Shown here piece after piece: positions 16,460-20,000 of a stretch of 20,000 nt of DNA (its first letter is position 1; the number at the start of each line of letters is the position of its first letter). Below the pieces are notes generated by a model, which had not been told where the DNA came from, ran no database searches, and saw only the letters and a program-made list of their open reading frames with translations. Origin of the DNA: an uncultured virus (IMG/VR IMGVR_UViG_3300032462_001943) (Duplodnaviria > Heunggongvirae > Uroviricota > Caudoviricetes); the IMG/VR virus record IMGVR_UViG_3300032462_001943; one strand, given 5' to 3'. Made by a program: the position numbers and the translations under genes.

Positions 16460-16966
16460 ATGAAGCCAAAATCCGAACCTCTTGCGATAGTTCCTATAGC
16501 AGACATTCCACAGGCTGTGGATGTTCCTGTCGATAATCTACTAGCCATATTTCGTTCCATCACGCAGATGGAACAACTTTGCACGGCCCAACAAGGAATT
16601 GGATTATCGGCAGTTCAAGTAGGCATTCCTTGGAAGCTCTTTATCGTTCAAAGAGGCATCGGCTACGAATATTACATCAATTGTGAGTATAATGGCATTG
16701 GTGAAAAGCAGATGTCCATTGAAGGCTGTTTGTCCTTGAGGGATTCTCAGGGTGAATTGCGACGGTTCGAGGTTGAACGATATTCCTCGATTCTTGTGAA
16801 GGGAAAACAATTGAAAATATCCGAGTCTTCCTCTTTGGTTTTGGAAGACGTGAATCGGGTAGAGCATGATCTATATGCAGTTGTTTTCCAACATGAGATA
16901 GATCATTTTTTTAGACGGGAAAAAATGATCGACGTAATTGGAGCGGAAATTGAGTTTTCAACATGA
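16460..16966 (+). CDS. def: Peptide deformylase
   Basis: All three PDF motifs present: GIGLSAVQVG, EGCLS, QHEIDH. Confidence 0.95.
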   Translation: MKPKSEPLAIVPIADIPQAVDVPVDNLLAIFRSITQMEQLCTAQQGIGLSAVQVGIPWKLFIVQRGIGYEYYINCEYNGIGEKQMSIEGCLSLRDSQGELRRFEVERYSSILVKGKQLKISESSSLVLEDVNRVEHDLYAVVFQHEIDHFFRREKMIDVIGAEIEFST

Positions 16967-17040
16967 AATATGATGAAGATGGATTTAGACCAAAACCTTT
17001 TTATATCATTTTGCGAACACATTCCTAAAAAAGGAAGAAT

Positions 17041-17316
17041 ATGCTCAGTCAGAAACAATTGAAAGATGTTTGTTTGGTGTATGACACCACATTCCAGAAG
17101 TGTAGATATTTGTCGCAAGACGAAAACGATTACACCAAGTTCTACTGTCTCAAAAAGACAGCCAGAGCAAATGATATTGATGTTGAGTTAGACGACTTTG
17201 TTCGTGATGCTCGCAAAAAAGGAAAAGACCCACGCAAAGAAAATGTCCCATTGGGAGATAATTGCGGAGGGTATCCGCTTTTGCGGCACTTAGAGCAAGG
17301 TTACGACAAGCCATAA
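17041..17316 (+). CDS. Hypothetical Cys-containing protein
   Basis: 91 aa, AAGGA SD, four spaced Cys (DVCL, KCRYL, FYCLKK, DNCGG). Confidence 0.75.
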   Translation: MLSQKQLKDVCLVYDTTFQKCRYLSQDENDYTKFYCLKKTARANDIDVELDDFVRDARKKGKDPRKENVPLGDNCGGYPLLRHLEQGYDKP

Positions 17317-17350
17317 AAAAAGGCCCGCATTTCTGCGGGCCTTTTCGTTT
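17315..17350. terminator. Bidirectional intrinsic terminator
   Basis: AAAAGGCCCGCA-TTTC-TGCGGGCCTTTT hairpin (17318-17345) with A-run and T-run flanks, between convergent genes. Confidence 0.9.
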
Positions 17351-17352
17351 AC

Positions 17353-17859
17353 TTACTTGCTTGTTGATTTCCGATGTCTGGTCAGCATGTGATATACATG
17401 GCCTTCCGACTCTGTATTCATTGCTGCTCTCAACACATTGTCGTTCAACACTGGATCATTGAAGCGGGCAATTTCTTTTGCCATAATTTCAGCGGTCTTT
17501 TCACTTTTGACCGCACGATCACGATACCAGTAAAGCAACATCCCGATAACAGCCAGAGAGAACACGAGAATCAAAGCTCCGTCTCCCTGGAGAATCTGAA
17601 CGCCACTATTCTCGTTTCGAGATAACGATGCGTTCAAGTTAAGAAGTCCATTCTGAACTTCCTTCAGTTGACTGTTTTGTATTTCGGCTGATTGCTTCAA
17701 CTTTCCAATTTCGGCCATCACGCCGTTTTGGTTATTGCGAATTTCATCAATCCTACCGTTGTTGTTGTCTATAGGTGAGTTGTTCCGTGGGTTCAGGTTT
17801 GCGCATCCGCTCATTCCGACCGACAGAGTAATCACCAGAATTGTAAGAATCCTTCTCAT
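17353..17859 (-). CDS. Lipoprotein with coiled coil and an internal TM helix (u-spanin-like topology)
   Basis: AGGAGG SD; MRRILTILVITLSVGMSG|C signal and lipobox; N/Q-rich heptads; TM GALILVFSLAVIGMLLYWY followed by RDR. Confidence 0.75.
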   Translation of the reverse strand: MRRILTILVITLSVGMSGCANLNPRNNSPIDNNNGRIDEIRNNQNGVMAEIGKLKQSAEIQNSQLKEVQNGLLNLNASLSRNENSGVQILQGDGALILVFSLAVIGMLLYWYRDRAVKSEKTAEIMAKEIARFNDPVLNDNVLRAAMNTESEGHVYHMLTRHRKSTSK

Positions 17860-17884
17860 GGTGTAAATCCTCCTACAGTATGTA

Positions 17885-17913
17885 TTGACAACCCAAACTT
17901 TTTCTCTTATATT
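17885..17913 (+). promoter_or_regulatory. Near-consensus sigma70 promoter
   Basis: TTGACA (17885-17890), 17 bp, TATATT (17908-17913); AAGGAGG SD and ATG at 17958 downstream. Confidence 0.8.
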
Positions 17914-17957
17914 CTCACCAACCACCCCCTCTCGCCAGACCAAAAAGGAGGTTGCAC

Positions 17958-18458
17958 ATGGCGCAACAACAACAACAACAACAATGGCACGAAGCAGACC
18001 TAGATGACGAAGACCTCGAAGTTCAGGGTGGCGATGAATCGCCGGAAGAATATTCATCAGAGCAAGAACGTGTCATCAAGGTCTTTGCTCAGGACTTCTA
18101 TAGTGATGTGAAGGCGTTGGCTCGACAATATGTCGAACAGTTTTTCGCAGACAAGATGCTCCATTGCGGCGGCAAAATTCCCAAGTCGCTTCTATTTTCC
18201 GAACGTCGCATGTCGATGGTTTTGAATTACGATATAATCAAGGGCGTCGAGAGAGCATACAAATATCTTGAACCGATGCTGAATAGTCGTGACGTAGAGT
18301 CTGCAAAGCACTCAGGTGAGGCCACCGACGATATTAAGCTAGTCAACGAAACACTCAGTTTGCTCGCTCGATCAGGCGTTCCCCAGCAATTTGCAGGTGG
18401 TATGATGTGCCTGTATCTGGAGTTCATTGAGGGCGTCAATATTGGCACAGAACCATGA
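17958..18458 (+). CDS. Hypothetical protein with poly-Gln and a highly acidic N-terminus
   Basis: AAGGAGG SD; MA-polyQ-WHEADLDDEDLE...; helical C-terminal domain. Confidence 0.8.
   Translation: MAQQQQQQQWHEADLDDEDLEVQGGDESPEEYSSEQERVIKVFAQDFYSDVKALARQYVEQFFADKMLHCGGKIPKSLLFSERRMSMVLNYDIIKGVERAYKYLEPMLNSRDVESAKHSGEATDDIKLVNETLSLLARSGVPQQFAGGMMCLYLEFIEGVNIGTEP
17964..17984 (+). repeat. (CAA)7 trinucleotide microsatellite
   Basis: Seven uninterrupted CAA codons directly after ATG GCG. Confidence 0.9.
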
Positions 18459-18744
18459 TCTTAATTTCTTAGCTAGACGCTGGGAAACTGTCGAGTTGCC
18501 TAAAGATAAAAAGTACCTTCTCAGGTACTTCGACACGCCTATCCAAACGGCGTTCTTGAAATACGTATATATTTTTGATGACTACGCCAATTTTGTAGAT
18601 CATACTGGACTGGCGTGCAGCCCTCGATGGCTCGCAATTCTATACAATAGATTGCGGAAGTTGCAAACACTACATCGTGAAGCTAGAGCCAATATGGACA
18701 TGACGGCCCTGGCTCACATTGAATCAGGGAATTACAAATTATGA
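18442..18744 (+). CDS. Hypothetical protein
   Basis: Open frame from 18427. The TTG at 18442 has GAGGG 8 nt upstream and is the preferred start; ATGA overlap with the next gene. Confidence 0.65.
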   Translation: MAQNHDLNFLARRWETVELPKDKKYLLRYFDTPIQTAFLKYVYIFDDYANFVDHTGLACSPRWLAILYNRLRKLQTLHREARANMDMTALAHIESGNYKL

Positions 18745-19916
18745 GCATGTGGGATATTGCGGATCGTGGTTTTTTAGGTGTCGCTGATCCACTCACCTGC
18801 ATTACCGCAAAAAATGAAAAATATATTCCTGCCGCCGTTAGGTTGGAGAACATTGCTTCGGTTTTGCCGTATTGGATTGAAGAAAGATGTGTTCGAGAAG
18901 AACTCGTGCATGGACTGAGGGAAATAGCCCCTCTCATTGATGGAGAGTTTTTACTCAACCAAGATGAAGTAAAAACTGAACGGTTGATGCACCTGTATTC
19001 GTACATGGCTAGTGCTTATGTCTTTGCAAGACACGAGAGTCCAGCCACTCGAATGCCGTCTGAGATCGCCGTTCCTTTAACTATGGTCGCCGAAAAGCTA
19101 GATCGTAAACCAATTTTGTCGTATGCCTCATATTGTTTAACCAATTGGGAGCGCATTGACCATAATGAAGAGATTAAGTTGGGCAATATAAAATTGCTTA
19201 CAAATTTCTCTTCACCAGAGTCAGGCAAATCAGATGAAGATTGGTTCATTTTGGTTCATGTCGATATTGAAAACTGTGCCGCTGATGGCGTGAGTGCCTG
19301 TAAACAGCTTTTGGAAAATCCCTGGAAACAAGGCGATGTTGTCACAGCCAACGATATTCTTACCAAGATTTTAGTCAGCTTGGCGAAAATGAATAAGACG
19401 ATGGCAAAGATGCCGGAAGGATGCAGTCCAGACAATTATTTTAGATGGGTGAGGCCGTATATTTTCTCATTCAACAACATGCTGTATCAGGGTTGTTTTC
19501 AGGATCAACCCATTACTTGTCGAGGCGAAACCGGGGCGCAAAGCAGCATCATTCCAGCATTTTTGGCAGCACTCGAAATAAACCATCAAGATTCCATGCT
19601 CACGCATCACCTTATGGAGATGCGTGACTACATGCCAGCCCCGCATCGACGATTTCTTTCAAATCTCGTGATCCGAACAGCGAACAATTCCGTTGAAGGG
19701 GTAGGTCTACGAGATTTTGCTCGCCGTGACCCGGTGTTGAAGGGCATCTACAATGAGTGCGTCAACGAGATCATCGCCTTCCGAAACAAGCATTTTGATT
19801 ACGCAGTCAACTATATCTCCAAGAAGGTCGAAAACCCTTCTGGAACGGGCGGTACGCCCTATGTCCCTTGGCTTAAACAACTTAGGGAAGAAACCGAGGC
19901 TCACCTGATCTCTTGA
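18741..19916 (+). CDS. Indoleamine 2,3-dioxygenase (IDO/PrnB heme dioxygenase superfamily)
   Basis: DRGFL, SYMASAYV, RKPILSYASYCLTNW, DEDWFILVHVDIE, VRPYI, RGETGAQSS, EMRDYMPAPHRRFL, FRNKH (proximal His), GTGGTPY. Confidence 0.92.
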   Translation: MSMWDIADRGFLGVADPLTCITAKNEKYIPAAVRLENIASVLPYWIEERCVREELVHGLREIAPLIDGEFLLNQDEVKTERLMHLYSYMASAYVFARHESPATRMPSEIAVPLTMVAEKLDRKPILSYASYCLTNWERIDHNEEIKLGNIKLLTNFSSPESGKSDEDWFILVHVDIENCAADGVSACKQLLENPWKQGDVVTANDILTKILVSLAKMNKTMAKMPEGCSPDNYFRWVRPYIFSFNNMLYQGCFQDQPITCRGETGAQSSIIPAFLAALEINHQDSMLTHHLMEMRDYMPAPHRRFLSNLVIRTANNSVEGVGLRDFARRDPVLKGIYNECVNEIIAFRNKHFDYAVNYISKKVENPSGTGGTPYVPWLKQLREETEAHLIS

Positions 19917-20000
19917 ATCTGCTTTACAGCACAGCACGGCAAAATCAGGGTAGAATAATCACGTTGACTTGCGACACGGAAAACAAAGACGGAAAACAAA

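Noticed and set aside
17860..18057. N-terminal extension of the 234-aa minus-strand ORF (with a poly-Val stretch)
   Set aside because: It is the antisense shadow of the CAA repeat and promoter region. The AGGAGG SD and signal peptide place the start at 17859.
1..20000. Stop-codon reassignment, CRISPR array, tRNA or rRNA genes
   Set aside because: Conserved genes are full length in code 11 and end in TAA, TGA or TAG. Intergenic gaps are short, and I saw no repeat-spacer array or cloverleaf by eye. tRNAscan/Infernal were not run.

Overview
Gene-dense 20 kb segment that reads as part of a large (jumbo-type) bacteriophage genome in the standard genetic code. This is inferred from the mix of many hypothetical ORFs, a free-standing HNH endonuclease, a PHP-less intein-containing DnaE, and isolated host-like genes (bS21, peptide deformylase, DHH phosphoesterase, DUF962/Mpo1, indoleamine 2,3-dioxygenase) outside their usual bacterial operons. 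Six glycosyltransferase/methyltransferase genes are scattered through the window. Highlights: (1) the 201-aa DnaE mini-intein hides a second ORF in the +1 frame with its own Shine-Dalgarno and ATG, resembling a Zn-binding or truncated endonuclease; (2) DnaE lacks the PHP domain and the GRGS/FERF motifs, suggesting a fractured polymerase; (3) an IDO gene lies downstream of a near-consensus sigma70 promoter; (4) a bS21-RHH-def translation module in which def appears to be leaderless; (5) a lipoprotein with u-spanin-like topology; (6) apparent pseudoenzymes. All family calls come from motif recognition by eye, not from database searches.
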